Positions 1-8,571 of a stretch of DNA of 34,715 nt are shown here, one piece after another. The notes beneath the pieces are model-generated. The model was given only the letters and a program-made list of their open reading frames with translations. It ran no database searches and was not told the origin of the DNA. The stretch lies in the NCBI GenBank assembly GCA_036149055.1, contig JAYZQJ010000284.1, positions 1 through 34,715 of the forward strand, in the 5' to 3' direction. The translations under genes and the position numbers were made by a program. The DNA is from Myxococcota bacterium (GTDB lineage Bacteria; Myxococcota_A; Polyangia; Polyangiales; Sandaracinaceae). How positions within the stretch are numbered: position 1 is the stretch's first letter; the number at the start of each line of letters is the position of its first letter.

Positions 1-1527
1 GGTCGACTTGAGCATCTGGCGCGAGGACGCGGGCGAGCTCTCGCCGCGCGTCTCGTCGTCCTGGGGCTCGGCCGCGGCCGGCGGCGTGGGCGCGGCGGGG
101 GGCTGGGGGGGCGCGGGGGGCTTGGGCGGCGGTCGTCCCGGCCCGGCGGCGGGCGGCTTCGGCGGCGCGCCCGGCGGCTTGGGGGGCGCGCCCGCGGGGG
201 GCGGGGGAGCGCCGCGGGTGCCGGCGGGCGGCGCCGGGCTGCCGGCGGGGACCTCCGGGAAGTCGGGGGCCGCGCCCTCGTTCTGAGCGAAGCCGAAGAA
301 GCTGCCGCTCCCCGGCGCGCCCTCCTCGCCCTGGGCCGGGCCGAGGATCTCGTCGAGGTTCGCCGCCTTGCGTCGCGGGCCCGCGCCGCCGCCCGCCTCG
401 TTGACCTTGTCGAGCGCCTCGTTCACGTGGTTGGCGATCTTGCGGTAGCGGCCGCCGAAGTCGGTGATGGTGAAGCGGTTCTCGGGAGACGCGCCGAGCG
501 CCGCGGCGTGCTTGTTGAGCTTCGAGAGCGGGCGATCGCGCTCGAGCCAGAGGAGGAACATCGCGATGAGGAAGGCGAAGAGCCCCCCGCCCGCGATGGG
601 GATCCAGGGCAGCCCCGCCCAGGCGTCGCCGGAGACGTGGTCGAGGATGTCGAGCGGCTGGGCCAGCGTGCGCTGCGGACGCGCGATCGCGTAGCCGACG
701 TTCGCGTGGCGCGCCGCGCCGGTCACGAGCGAGTACACCGCGAGGCCTCCGGTCGGCAGGGCGGCCGGGTCGGTCCGCTCGCCGTTCTGGAGCGCCTCGT
801 TGGTGAGCGCGGCGGCGAGCTGCTGGTCGCCCATGTCGTCGCGCCGCGGGGCGCCCTGCACGCCGGCCGGCATGTAGCCCGCGAACATGCCGCGCTCACC
901 CTGGAAGAAGCCGATCGAGGCGCCGTCGAGGCGGGTCGAGAGGAGCTCGGCGAGCTCGTCGTCGAAGCGCTTGCCGTGGATCAGCGCGCCGACGTACTGG
1001 CCGCCCTGGACCACCGGGCGCGCGGCCATGCGGTAGACCTGGTCGTTGTAGATCCAGACGTCGTCGCGCACGTAGCCGTCGAGCGCGCGGCGCACGAGCG
1101 GGAACTGGCCGAGCCCGGCGCCGTCCGGGACGTTGCCGGGCGCCACCGCGGCGACCACCCAGCCGTCGCGATCGACCGCGAACAGCAGCTCGCCGCGCAT
1201 CCCCGCGAGCTGTCCATTGAGCTCCGAGAGCTTGCGCTGCAGGCCCTCGCTCAGCTCTTCGTCGATGTCCTGCCCGGCGCGCCGCCCGCTCGCCCGCTGG
1301 AGGGCGGTCCGCACGTCCGAGTTGGCCGCGATCGGCGCGATCGCGTCGAGGCGGGAGCGGGCGTCGAGCTTGAGCAGCGCCTCGACCTCGAAGCGGTCGC
1401 GGATGAGATCGCTCCGGACCGAGCGCTCCCACTGCTCGTTGACGAGGCTCGCCGCGAGCAGCGCGGTGGCGAACGCGAAGACCGCCGCGCCGGCGAGGAC
1501 CAGGTACCAGAAACGAGAGAGGACCAT
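1..1527 (-). CDS. MXAN_5187-like membrane protein (N-terminal TM, periplasmic Cache-like region, second TM, Pro-rich linker); 3' end runs off the window
   Basis: Absent from the ORF track (no stop in window). Manual translation from ATG at 1527: MVLSRFWYLVLAGAAVFAFATALLAASLVNEQWERSVRSDLIRDRFEVEALLKLDARSRLDAIAPIAANSDVRTAL..., with a Pro-rich tract (PPAPPQPPAAPTPP) near 60-250. Starts 3 nt after the upstream stop at 1531. Family recalled from N-terminal similarity. Confidence 0.75.
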   Translation of the reverse strand, partial: MVLSRFWYLVLAGAAVFAFATALLAASLVNEQWERSVRSDLIRDRFEVEALLKLDARSRLDAIAPIAANSDVRTALQRASGRRAGQDIDEELSEGLQRKLSELNGQLAGMRGELLFAVDRDGWVVAAVAPGNVPDGAGLGQFPLVRRALDGYVRDDVWIYNDQVYRMAARPVVQGGQYVGALIHGKRFDDELAELLSTRLDGASIGFFQGERGMFAGYMPAGVQGAPRRDDMGDQQLAAALTNEALQNGERTDPAALPTGGLAVYSLVTGAARHANVGYAIARPQRTLAQPLDILDHVSGDAWAGLPWIPIAGGGLFAFLIAMFLLWLERDRPLSKLNKHAAALGASPENRFTITDFGGRYRKIANHVNEALDKVNEAGGGAGPRRKAANLDEILGPAQGEEGAPGSGSFFGFAQNEGAAPDFPEVPAGSPAPPAGTRGAPPPPAGAPPKPPGAPPKPPAAGPGRPPPKPPAPPQPPAAPTPPAAAEPQDDETRGESSPASSRQMLKST

Positions 1528-1530
1528 CGC

Positions 1531-2244
1531 TCAGCTCCCCCCCGCCGAGACCGCGATCGGCTCGAGCGTCAGCTCGCGGGTGTCGGTGACCTCGACCCCG
1601 GCCTGCTCGTGGATCTGACGCTCGCCGTGGAAGATCTTCAGGGTGTAGGTGCCGGGCGGTACGTTGCGGAACTGATAGCTGCCGTCGGCGTCGATGCGCG
1701 CGCGGGCCACCAGATCGGGCAGCACGTGCAGGTGACCGCGGACGTGGGCGTAGAGCTGGTCACGCACCGGCCAGGCGCCCGCCTCGCTCACCAGCAGCTG
1801 TCGGGTGAGGCCGGGCGAGGTGGGCGTCGGCGTGAACTCCGAGTGGCCCTCCGCGCTGAGCTGGTGGGCCATCGGGTCGGTGTTCTGGATCCGGAGGGTC
1901 GCCCCGGCGCGCTCCACCATCGTGGCCGGCCAGAGCCCGCCGTTCGCGATCTTGAAGCCCGGCTGCTCCTCGGCCATCGAGCCCTCGCCGGTGAGCACGA
2001 CGGCGAGCTCGCGCGACGCGTCGAAGCTCGGGTCGCGCGGGTCGATGAAGCCGTTCCACTCTTCCCAGTAGCGGTTGCGGCGGCTCTCCTCGTCGCTCTC
2101 CGCGGCGGGCGCTCCGTAGTCGGAGGGCACGCGCAGGGTGCCCCGCACGTCCACCGCGAGCGCGGCGCTGGCCACGGTCAGCAGCAGCCCGGCGAGGGCG
2201 AGCGTCGAGAGAGCCGCGCGGCGGCGTCCAGTGGTACGGCCCAA
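1531..2244 (-). CDS. Secreted protein with cupredoxin-like and carboxypeptidase regulatory-like (beta-sandwich) domains
   Basis: TTG start with GGAGG RBS; signal peptide (RRRAALSTLALAGLLLTVASAALA); C-terminal 'DADGSYQFRNVPPGTYTLKIFH' typical of CarboxypepD_reg-like domains; 'IQNTDPMAHQL' resembles the cupredoxin-like N-x-D-x-x-x-H motif. Confidence 0.75.
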   Translation of the reverse strand: MGRTTGRRRAALSTLALAGLLLTVASAALAVDVRGTLRVPSDYGAPAAESDEESRRNRYWEEWNGFIDPRDPSFDASRELAVVLTGEGSMAEEQPGFKIANGGLWPATMVERAGATLRIQNTDPMAHQLSAEGHSEFTPTPTSPGLTRQLLVSEAGAWPVRDQLYAHVRGHLHVLPDLVARARIDADGSYQFRNVPPGTYTLKIFHGERQIHEQAGVEVTDTRELTLEPIAVSAGGS

Positions 2245-2334
2245 TGCCCCTCCAAGTCGATGACGGTCGGGCCCGAGGGTATCGAAGGGCCAGATCCCCG
2301 GTCAACGAATGGATGGCGCTCGGGTCGGCAGCGC

Positions 2335-3411
2335 TCACGTGGGAGGCGGAGCGTAGTAGTCCACCACCTCGATCGGCTCGGAGGCGAGGCGCGCCTCCAC
2401 CGTCCGGCGCGGTCCCACCGGGTCTCCGCCGATCTGCATCGGCATCGGCTCGTCGTAGCGGATCGAGATCCGCTCGCAGAGGAAGTCGTGGAGGGTGTCG
2501 CTCCGGTAGGCGCCCGACCAGATGTCGCGGATGTTCCACGCGACCTGGAAGCTGTTGATGTCCACCACCCGCAGCGAGAAGCGATCCTCGCGGTCGTCGG
2601 CGAAGGGGAAGATGCGCGCGCCGAAGCCCCAGTACGGGATCGTGCCCATCGCGACCATCCGGCTCGGCCCGGCGTAGATCACCTCGCCCTTGCCGAGCTC
2701 CTGCACCGGCTCGCCGTCGCGCCCCAGCCGCACCACCGGCTCGCCCTCGTTGACGATCGTCACCGACGGATGCGGCCGCAGCAGGTACTGCGGCATCGTC
2801 TTGCCGAGCACCGCGATGAGATAGGCGGCGCCGCCCGACGCGATCGGGCGGGTGAGGGGGCTCTTCGAGAGCGCGTCCTTCGTCGTGTTGTAGTCGGTCA
2901 GCGCGATCGCATCGATGCCGAGCCCGGCGAACGGCGTCAGCGTGCCCTCGACCTCGAGCAGCTTCAGCTTGCGGCTCCCGCCCTCTCGCCGGAGCCGCCC
3001 GAGGTCCGCGATCACCCCGCGATGACGCGGATTCTGCGCGCCGAGGACCCAGGCGAGCGCGTTCCCCGTCCCCAGCCGGAGGAGCCCGAAGCGGGGCGGC
3101 GGATCGCCGGCGCGGCGGGCGGTGGCGGTGATCTTCGTGACCATCTGCACGAAGGTCCCGTCGCCCCCCGCGGTCAGCACCGTGGGGTATCCCCGCCGCA
3201 CGATGGTGGCGGCGATCTCGTCGCCCTCCTCGATCGAGCGGGAGACGAAGAGGTCGCCCGACTGCACGATCTGGTCGAGGATGTCGACGAGGTCGTCGGT
3301 CACGCGCTTGGCGTTCCCGTTGACCACCACCGCCACGCGGTCGGCGAAGAGCTCCTTGGGCGTCGTCGCCGGCGCCGGCGGCTCGCTCACGCGCGGCCGG
3401 TCGTCGCTCAC
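2335..3411 (-). CDS. Diacylglycerol kinase family (YegS/DAGK_cat) lipid kinase
   Basis: Motifs VVVNGNA, LTAGGDGT, LRLGTGNALA, AGLGIDA, MQIGGD; GTG start at 3411 inferred (C-terminal part of track ORF 2335..6249). Confidence 0.9.
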   Translation of the reverse strand: MSDDRPRVSEPPAPATTPKELFADRVAVVVNGNAKRVTDDLVDILDQIVQSGDLFVSRSIEEGDEIAATIVRRGYPTVLTAGGDGTFVQMVTKITATARRAGDPPPRFGLLRLGTGNALAWVLGAQNPRHRGVIADLGRLRREGGSRKLKLLEVEGTLTPFAGLGIDAIALTDYNTTKDALSKSPLTRPIASGGAAYLIAVLGKTMPQYLLRPHPSVTIVNEGEPVVRLGRDGEPVQELGKGEVIYAGPSRMVAMGTIPYWGFGARIFPFADDREDRFSLRVVDINSFQVAWNIRDIWSGAYRSDTLHDFLCERISIRYDEPMPMQIGGDPVGPRRTVEARLASEPIEVVDYYAPPPT

Positions 3412-3453
3412 CGGGCTGGCATAGCCGCCCGGCGGGGGCGCGGTCAATCGCGA

Positions 3454-3500
3454 GGCGAACGGATTTCGCCTCGCCCGGGGAGCGGCGAAATCCGTTCGCC
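3454..3500. promoter_or_regulatory. Paired palindromic upstream activator sites (GGCGAA-N5-TTCGCC x2) forming a perfect 17-bp inverted repeat
   Basis: GGCGAACGGATTTCGCC (3454-3470) and its exact reverse complement GGCGAAATCCGTTCGCC (3484-3500); centres 30 bp apart, roughly -105 and -75 from the predicted sigma54 TSS. Confidence 0.7.
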
Positions 3501-3539
3501 CTCCCCACGCGGGAGCCTCCGACGAGAGGCGCGGGAGCG

Positions 3540-3555
3540 TTGGCGCGCCTCTTGC
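3540..3555 (+). promoter_or_regulatory. sigma54 (-24/-12) promoter of the cco operon
   Basis: TTGGCGCGCCTCTTGC: GG-N10-GC with TGGC and TTGC cores, 15 nt before the ccoI ATG. Confidence 0.8.
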
Positions 3556-3570
3556 CGAGGCCCCCCGACC

Positions 3571-5892
3571 ATGGACGCCGCCTCCGGCCTCTGCCTGCAT
3601 TGTCTGGCCCCCCTCGAGGGGCCGGAGGCGCGCGCCCATGGCTTCTGCTGCCGCGGGTGCGAGCGGGTCCACGCCCTGCTCTCGCGTGAGGGCCTCGACC
3701 GCTACTACGAGCTCCGCCGCGGCGCGGGGCTGCCGGTGGGCGAGCTCGCCGGCCCGTCCCTCGAGCTCGAGGCCTGGATGCAGGCGCAGGAGGCGCGCCT
3801 CGCCGCGTCGGCCGGGCCCGCGCCGGTCGCCCTCGATCTCCAGGGCGTGCACTGCGCCGGCTGCGTCTGGCTGATCGACACGGTGGCCCGCCGCGAGGGG
3901 GCGCTCCGCTGCGACGTCAGCGCGACCCGCGGCCGGCTGGAGCTCGTCGCGGCGCCCTCGTTCGATCTCCGCGCCTTCGTGCGCGCCCTGGCCTCGCTCG
4001 GCTACCGCGCCGGCCCGCCCCTCAAGCGCGCGCGGGCGGGGCTCGACGGGCTCACCGTCCGGGTCGGCGTCACCGCCGCGCTCGCCGCCAACGCGATGAT
4101 GCTCTCGCTCGCGATCTATCTCGGGCTCGAGGACGGCCCCCTCCACGCGACGGTGCGGGACGTGGCCTTCGCGCTCGGCGCGGCCGCGGTCCTGGTGGGC
4201 GGCGGCCCCCTGGTGCGGGCCGCGATCGAGGCGCTGCGGCGCGGCGTGCTCTCGCTCGATCTTCCGATCGCGCTCGGCCTCCTCCTGGCGTCGATCGCGT
4301 CGGTCGCGAGCTGGGTGCGCGGCGGCGACGCGGGCTTCGCCGACAGCCTCGCGGTCTTCGTCGCGCTGGTGCTCGGGGGGCGCTGGCTGCAGGAGCGCAT
4401 GGTCGCCATCGACCGCGATCGCCTCCTCGCCACCGACGGGGCCGAGGGGCTCGTCACCCGCCGGGTCACCGACGGCGGCGTCGAGATGGTGCGTTGCATG
4501 GAGGTCCGGCGCGGTGACCGCCTGCTGCTCGCGGCCGGAGACCTCGTGCCGGTCGAGGCGGTGCTCGAGGACCCGTGCCTGCTGTCGATGGACTGGATCG
4601 ACGGCGAGTCGCAGCCGCGCGACGCCGCCGCCGGAACCGTGGCCCCGGCCGGCTCGTTCGTCGCGGGCGCGCGCGCGGCCCGGGCGGTGGTGGCGAAGGA
4701 CTTCGTGGAGTCGTCGCTGCACGACCTCCTGCGGACCCCGCCCGACCGCCGCCGCGGCGATCTCCTCGACCGCCTCGTGGGCCCCGCCTACGTGCTCATC
4801 GTGCTCGCGCTCGCGGGCGGGGGCGCCGCGCTGTGGCTCGCGCTCGAGGGGCCGGGGGCCGCGCTCTCGGTGGCGACCGCGGTGCTCGTCGTGACCTGCC
4901 CCTGCGCGCTCGGGCTGGCCCTGCCGCTCGCGCACGAGCGAACCCTGGGCATGCTGCGGCGCGCCGGGGTCTACGTGCGCGAGCCCTCCGCGCTGGCCCG
5001 CGCCGCGGGCGTGGACCGGGTGGTGTTCGACAAGACCGGCACGCTCACCTTCGGCGCGCCGCGCCTCGCGGACGCGGGCCCGCTCGAGGCGCTCTCCGAG
5101 GCCGAGCGCGCGATCGCCTACCGCCTCGCGGCCCAGTCGAGTCACCCCAAGGCGGCGGCCGTCTCGAGCGCGCTGCCGGCCGTGTCCCTCGAGGGCGCGC
5201 CGGTGCACGAGCAGCCCGGCGCCGGCGTGCAGGTCAGGATCGACGGCGCGCTCTACCGCCTCGGCAAGCCCTCCTGGGCCGCGCCGGGCCGCGACCACGG
5301 CGCCGCCGACCTCGTGTTCGCGAAGGACGGCGCCCCGCTCGCCCGGCTCGAGACGGTCGAGCGGCCCCGCCCGGGCGCGGAGGACGAGATCGCGAAGCTG
5401 GCCGAGGCGGGCTACCCGAGCTTCATCCTGAGCGGCGACGCGCCGTCGCGGGTGCAGGCGCTGGCGGCGCGCGTCGGCGTGCCCGAAGAGCGGGCGTTCG
5501 GCGGCGCGAGCCCGCGCGAGAAGGCCGACTGGCTCGCCGCGCGCGACCCGGAGCGCGCGCTCTTCCTCGGCGACGGGCTCAACGACGGCCCGGCGGCGGA
5601 CGTCGCGGGCGTCTCCGGCACCCCGGCGGTCGACCGGCCCTTCATGCCGGCCCGCACCGACTTCTACTTCGTGACCGCCGGCCTCGGCGCGGTGCGCGCG
5701 CTGCTCGGCGCCGCCGCCCGCCTGCGCCGGACCACGCGCGGCATCCTCGCGCTCGCGGTCGTCTACAACGCGGTCGCCGTGACTTTGGCGCTCGCCGGTC
5801 GGGTCGAGCCGTGGACCGCGGCCGCGCTCATGCCGGCGGGCAGCCTCGCGACGCTCGCCTACACGCGCCTCTCGCTGAAGGAGGCCGCGTGA
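3571..5892 (+). CDS. ccoI: cbb3-associated P1B-type (Cu) heavy-metal ATPase CcoI/FixI
   Basis: N-terminal CLHC...FCCRGC metal-binding domain with YYELR, HMA CAGC, TM CPC, DKTGTLT, SSHP, GDGLND, YN; first gene of the cco operon. Confidence 0.92.
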   Translation: MDAASGLCLHCLAPLEGPEARAHGFCCRGCERVHALLSREGLDRYYELRRGAGLPVGELAGPSLELEAWMQAQEARLAASAGPAPVALDLQGVHCAGCVWLIDTVARREGALRCDVSATRGRLELVAAPSFDLRAFVRALASLGYRAGPPLKRARAGLDGLTVRVGVTAALAANAMMLSLAIYLGLEDGPLHATVRDVAFALGAAAVLVGGGPLVRAAIEALRRGVLSLDLPIALGLLLASIASVASWVRGGDAGFADSLAVFVALVLGGRWLQERMVAIDRDRLLATDGAEGLVTRRVTDGGVEMVRCMEVRRGDRLLLAAGDLVPVEAVLEDPCLLSMDWIDGESQPRDAAAGTVAPAGSFVAGARAARAVVAKDFVESSLHDLLRTPPDRRRGDLLDRLVGPAYVLIVLALAGGGAALWLALEGPGAALSVATAVLVVTCPCALGLALPLAHERTLGMLRRAGVYVREPSALARAAGVDRVVFDKTGTLTFGAPRLADAGPLEALSEAERAIAYRLAAQSSHPKAAAVSSALPAVSLEGAPVHEQPGAGVQVRIDGALYRLGKPSWAAPGRDHGAADLVFAKDGAPLARLETVERPRPGAEDEIAKLAEAGYPSFILSGDAPSRVQALAARVGVPEERAFGGASPREKADWLAARDPERALFLGDGLNDGPAADVAGVSGTPAVDRPFMPARTDFYFVTAGLGAVRALLGAAARLRRTTRGILALAVVYNAVAVTLALAGRVEPWTAAALMPAGSLATLAYTRLSLKEAA

Positions 5893-6044
5893 ACGTCCTC
5901 GTCCTGACGCTGTTCGTGAGCCTCTGCCTGGCCGCCGTCGCCGTCGCCCTCTTCGTGTGGACGGTGCGCGCGGGCACGCACGACCACCTCGACCAGCTCT
6001 CCCTGTTGCCCATCGAAGAAGATCCCTCGGAGGAAGAACCTTGA
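5889..6044 (+). CDS. ccoS: cbb3-type cytochrome oxidase assembly protein CcoS
   Basis: GTGA overlap with ccoI; MNVLVLTLFVSLCLAAVAVALFVWTVRAGTHDHLDQLSLLPIEED, the classic 51-aa FixS pattern. Confidence 0.88.
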   Translation: MNVLVLTLFVSLCLAAVAVALFVWTVRAGTHDHLDQLSLLPIEEDPSEEEP

Positions 6045-8392
6045 AGTCCACAAAGGTCGTATACGACGATCGCATCGCGCGCTGGTTCATGGGCGCGTCG
6101 GTCGGCTGGGGCCTCGTCGGCATGCTCGTCGGCGTCGTCGTCGCGCTGCAGCTCGCCTTCTGGCAGGCCAACGCGGCCCCCTGGCTCACCTTCGGCCGGC
6201 TCCGCCCGCTGCACACCAACGCGGTGATCTTCGCGTTCGTCGGCAACATGCTCTTCGCCGGCGTCTACCACTCGACGCAGCGGCTCCTGAAGACGCGCAT
6301 GGCGAGCGACAAGCTCAGCCTGTTCCACTTCTGGGGCTGGCAGGCGATCATCGTCGCCGCGGCGATCACGCTCCCGCTCGGGATCACCCAGGGCAAGGAG
6401 TACGCGGAGCTCGCCTGGCCGATCGACGTCGGCATCGCGCTCGTGTGGGTCGCCTTCGCGGTGAACTTCTTCTGGACGCTCGCGCGCCGGAACGAGAAGC
6501 ACCTCTACGTCGCGATCTGGTTCTACATCGCGACGATCATCACGATCACGGTGCTGCACGTGGTGAACAGCCTCGCGCTGCCGGTCGGCGCGTCGCTCAC
6601 CAGCTACCCGATCTTCAGCGGCGTGCAGGACGCGCTGGTGCAGTGGTGGTACGGGCACAACGCGGTCGCCTTCTTCCTGACCACGCCGATCCTCGGCATC
6701 ATGTACTACTACCTGCCCAAGGCGGCGGGTCGGCCGGTCTTCAGCTACCGGCTCTCGATCATCCACTTCTGGGGCCTGGTCTTCATCTACATCTGGGCCG
6801 GCCCCCACCACCTCCTCTACACCGCGCTGCCCGAGTGGGTGCAGACGCTCGGCATGGTCTTCAGCCTGATGCTGTGGGCGCCGAGCTGGGGCGGCATGCT
6901 GAACGGCCTGTTGACGCTCCGCGGCGCCTGGGACCGGGTGCGCAAGGACCCCGTGCTCAAGTTCTTCGCGGCCGGCGTGACCTTCTACGGCATGGCGACC
7001 TTCGAGGGGCCGCTGCTCTCCATCAAGGCGGTGAGCTCGCTCGGCCACTACACCGACTGGATCATCGGCCACGTGCACTCCGGCGCCCTCGGCTGGAACG
7101 GCTTCATGGCCGCCGGGATGTTCTACTACCTCGTCCCGCGCCTCTACGGCACCAAGCTGCACAGCAAGGCGGCGGCGAACGCGCACTTCTACGTCGGCAC
7201 GATCGGCATCCTGCTCTACGTCGTCTCGATGTGGGTCTCGGGCATCACCCAGGGCCTCATGTGGCGCGCGGAGGCCGAGGACGGCGGGCTCCTCTACCCG
7301 AGCTTCATCGAGACCATCGACGCCATCCGCCCGATGTACTGGGCGCGCCTGGTCGGCGGCACGATGTACTTCGCCGGCTTCGTGGTGCTCGCCTGGAACC
7401 TGGTGATGACCATCCGCGGCCGCGCGCCGAAGGTCACCGAGGTCGAGGTCGTCGTGCCGGAGCCGGAGCCGGTGAAGCCCTGGAAGGACATCGTCTTCAG
7501 CGGCCCCGTGGTCCTCACCACCGTGATCTGCGTCGTCGTGGGCAGCATCGCCTGGCTCGACGCCATCGCCTCCACCTTCATGATCCTCGTCGCGTCGGTC
7601 GTCGCGGTCGGCGGGGCGGTCCTGCTCGCCCTCAGCCGCGAGAACCGCGGGTGGCACCGGGTGCTCGAGGGGCGGAGCCTCATCTTCACCGGGCTCACCA
7701 CCGCGGCGGTGCTCATCGGCGGCGTGGCCGAGATCCTCCCGACGGTGGCGCTCGGCGCGCACGACCGCGCGACCAGCGAGATGGAGCCCTACACCCCGCT
7801 CGAGCTGCACGGGCGCGACGTCTACATCTCGGAGGGCTGCTACACGTGCCACTCCCAGATGATCCGGCCGTTCACCTGGGAGAGCTCGCGCTACGGCGCG
7901 GCGTCGGATCCCGAGGAGAGCGTCTGGGATCACCCCTTCCAGTGGGGCTCCAAGCGCACCGGGCCGGACCTCGCGCGCGAGGGCGGGCGCTACCCGCATC
8001 TCTGGCACTACGAGCACATGATCGACCCGCGCGCGACGTCGCCCGGCTCGATCATGCCGGCCTACGCCCACCTCCGGACCACCGCGGTCGAGTGGGACAT
8101 GACCCAGGCCAAGCTCGGCACGATGCAGATGCTCGGCGTGCCCTACTCGAACGCCGAGGTGCTCGGCGGCGAGCAGGACGCGCGGGCGCAGGCGGCGTCG
8201 ATCGCGACCGCGCTCCGGGCGGACCTGGGTGACGGCGCCGACGGCGAGGAGGTCGCGCTCGAGGACAGCCAGCTCGTCGCGCTCGTCTCGTACCTGCAGC
8301 GCCTCGGGCGGAACCGCTCCGAGTGGCAGCCGGAGCCCGAGGAGGACGGCGGCGCCTTGCAGGTGGCCGCCAGAGAGGAGGAGGCACGATGA
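6041..8392 (+). CDS. ccoN: cbb3-type cytochrome c oxidase fused subunits I+II (CcoN-CcoO)
   Basis: TTG start after GGAGGAAG, overlapping the ccoS stop; FGRLRPLHTN, WWYGHNAV, WAGPHHL, IIGHVHSG, then CcoO EGCYTCHSQMIRP, WGSKRTGPDLAR, SIMPAY. Confidence 0.97.
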   Translation: MKSTKVVYDDRIARWFMGASVGWGLVGMLVGVVVALQLAFWQANAAPWLTFGRLRPLHTNAVIFAFVGNMLFAGVYHSTQRLLKTRMASDKLSLFHFWGWQAIIVAAAITLPLGITQGKEYAELAWPIDVGIALVWVAFAVNFFWTLARRNEKHLYVAIWFYIATIITITVLHVVNSLALPVGASLTSYPIFSGVQDALVQWWYGHNAVAFFLTTPILGIMYYYLPKAAGRPVFSYRLSIIHFWGLVFIYIWAGPHHLLYTALPEWVQTLGMVFSLMLWAPSWGGMLNGLLTLRGAWDRVRKDPVLKFFAAGVTFYGMATFEGPLLSIKAVSSLGHYTDWIIGHVHSGALGWNGFMAAGMFYYLVPRLYGTKLHSKAAANAHFYVGTIGILLYVVSMWVSGITQGLMWRAEAEDGGLLYPSFIETIDAIRPMYWARLVGGTMYFAGFVVLAWNLVMTIRGRAPKVTEVEVVVPEPEPVKPWKDIVFSGPVVLTTVICVVVGSIAWLDAIASTFMILVASVVAVGGAVLLALSRENRGWHRVLEGRSLIFTGLTTAAVLIGGVAEILPTVALGAHDRATSEMEPYTPLELHGRDVYISEGCYTCHSQMIRPFTWESSRYGAASDPEESVWDHPFQWGSKRTGPDLAREGGRYPHLWHYEHMIDPRATSPGSIMPAYAHLRTTAVEWDMTQAKLGTMQMLGVPYSNAEVLGGEQDARAQAASIATALRADLGDGADGEEVALEDSQLVALVSYLQRLGRNRSEWQPEPEEDGGALQVAAREEEAR

Positions 8393-8571
8393 GCGCGCTG
8401 GCCCGAGAGTTCTTTCTGCACAACCCGGCGATCGTCGGGCCCCTGATCGCGATGGCCATCTTCGTGCTGGTCTTCGGGCTCGCGGCCTGGCGCGCCTTCC
8501 GCGCGAACGCCGAGCACGTCGATCACATGGGCCGGCTGCCGCTCGACGAGGAGGAGGTGAGCCATGGGTGA
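8389..8571 (+). CDS. ccoQ: cbb3-type cytochrome oxidase subunit CcoQ-like small membrane protein
   Basis: ATGA overlap with ccoNO; 60 aa, single TM followed by 'HVDHMGRLPLDEE'; position between ccoO and ccoP. Confidence 0.8.
   Translation: MSALAREFFLHNPAIVGPLIAMAIFVLVFGLAAWRAFRANAEHVDHMGRLPLDEEEVSHG

Noticed and set aside
3412..3570. FNR/FixK box or intrinsic terminator upstream of ccoI
   Set aside because: No TTGAT-N4-ATCAA; the inverted repeat lies between divergent genes and has no U-tract.
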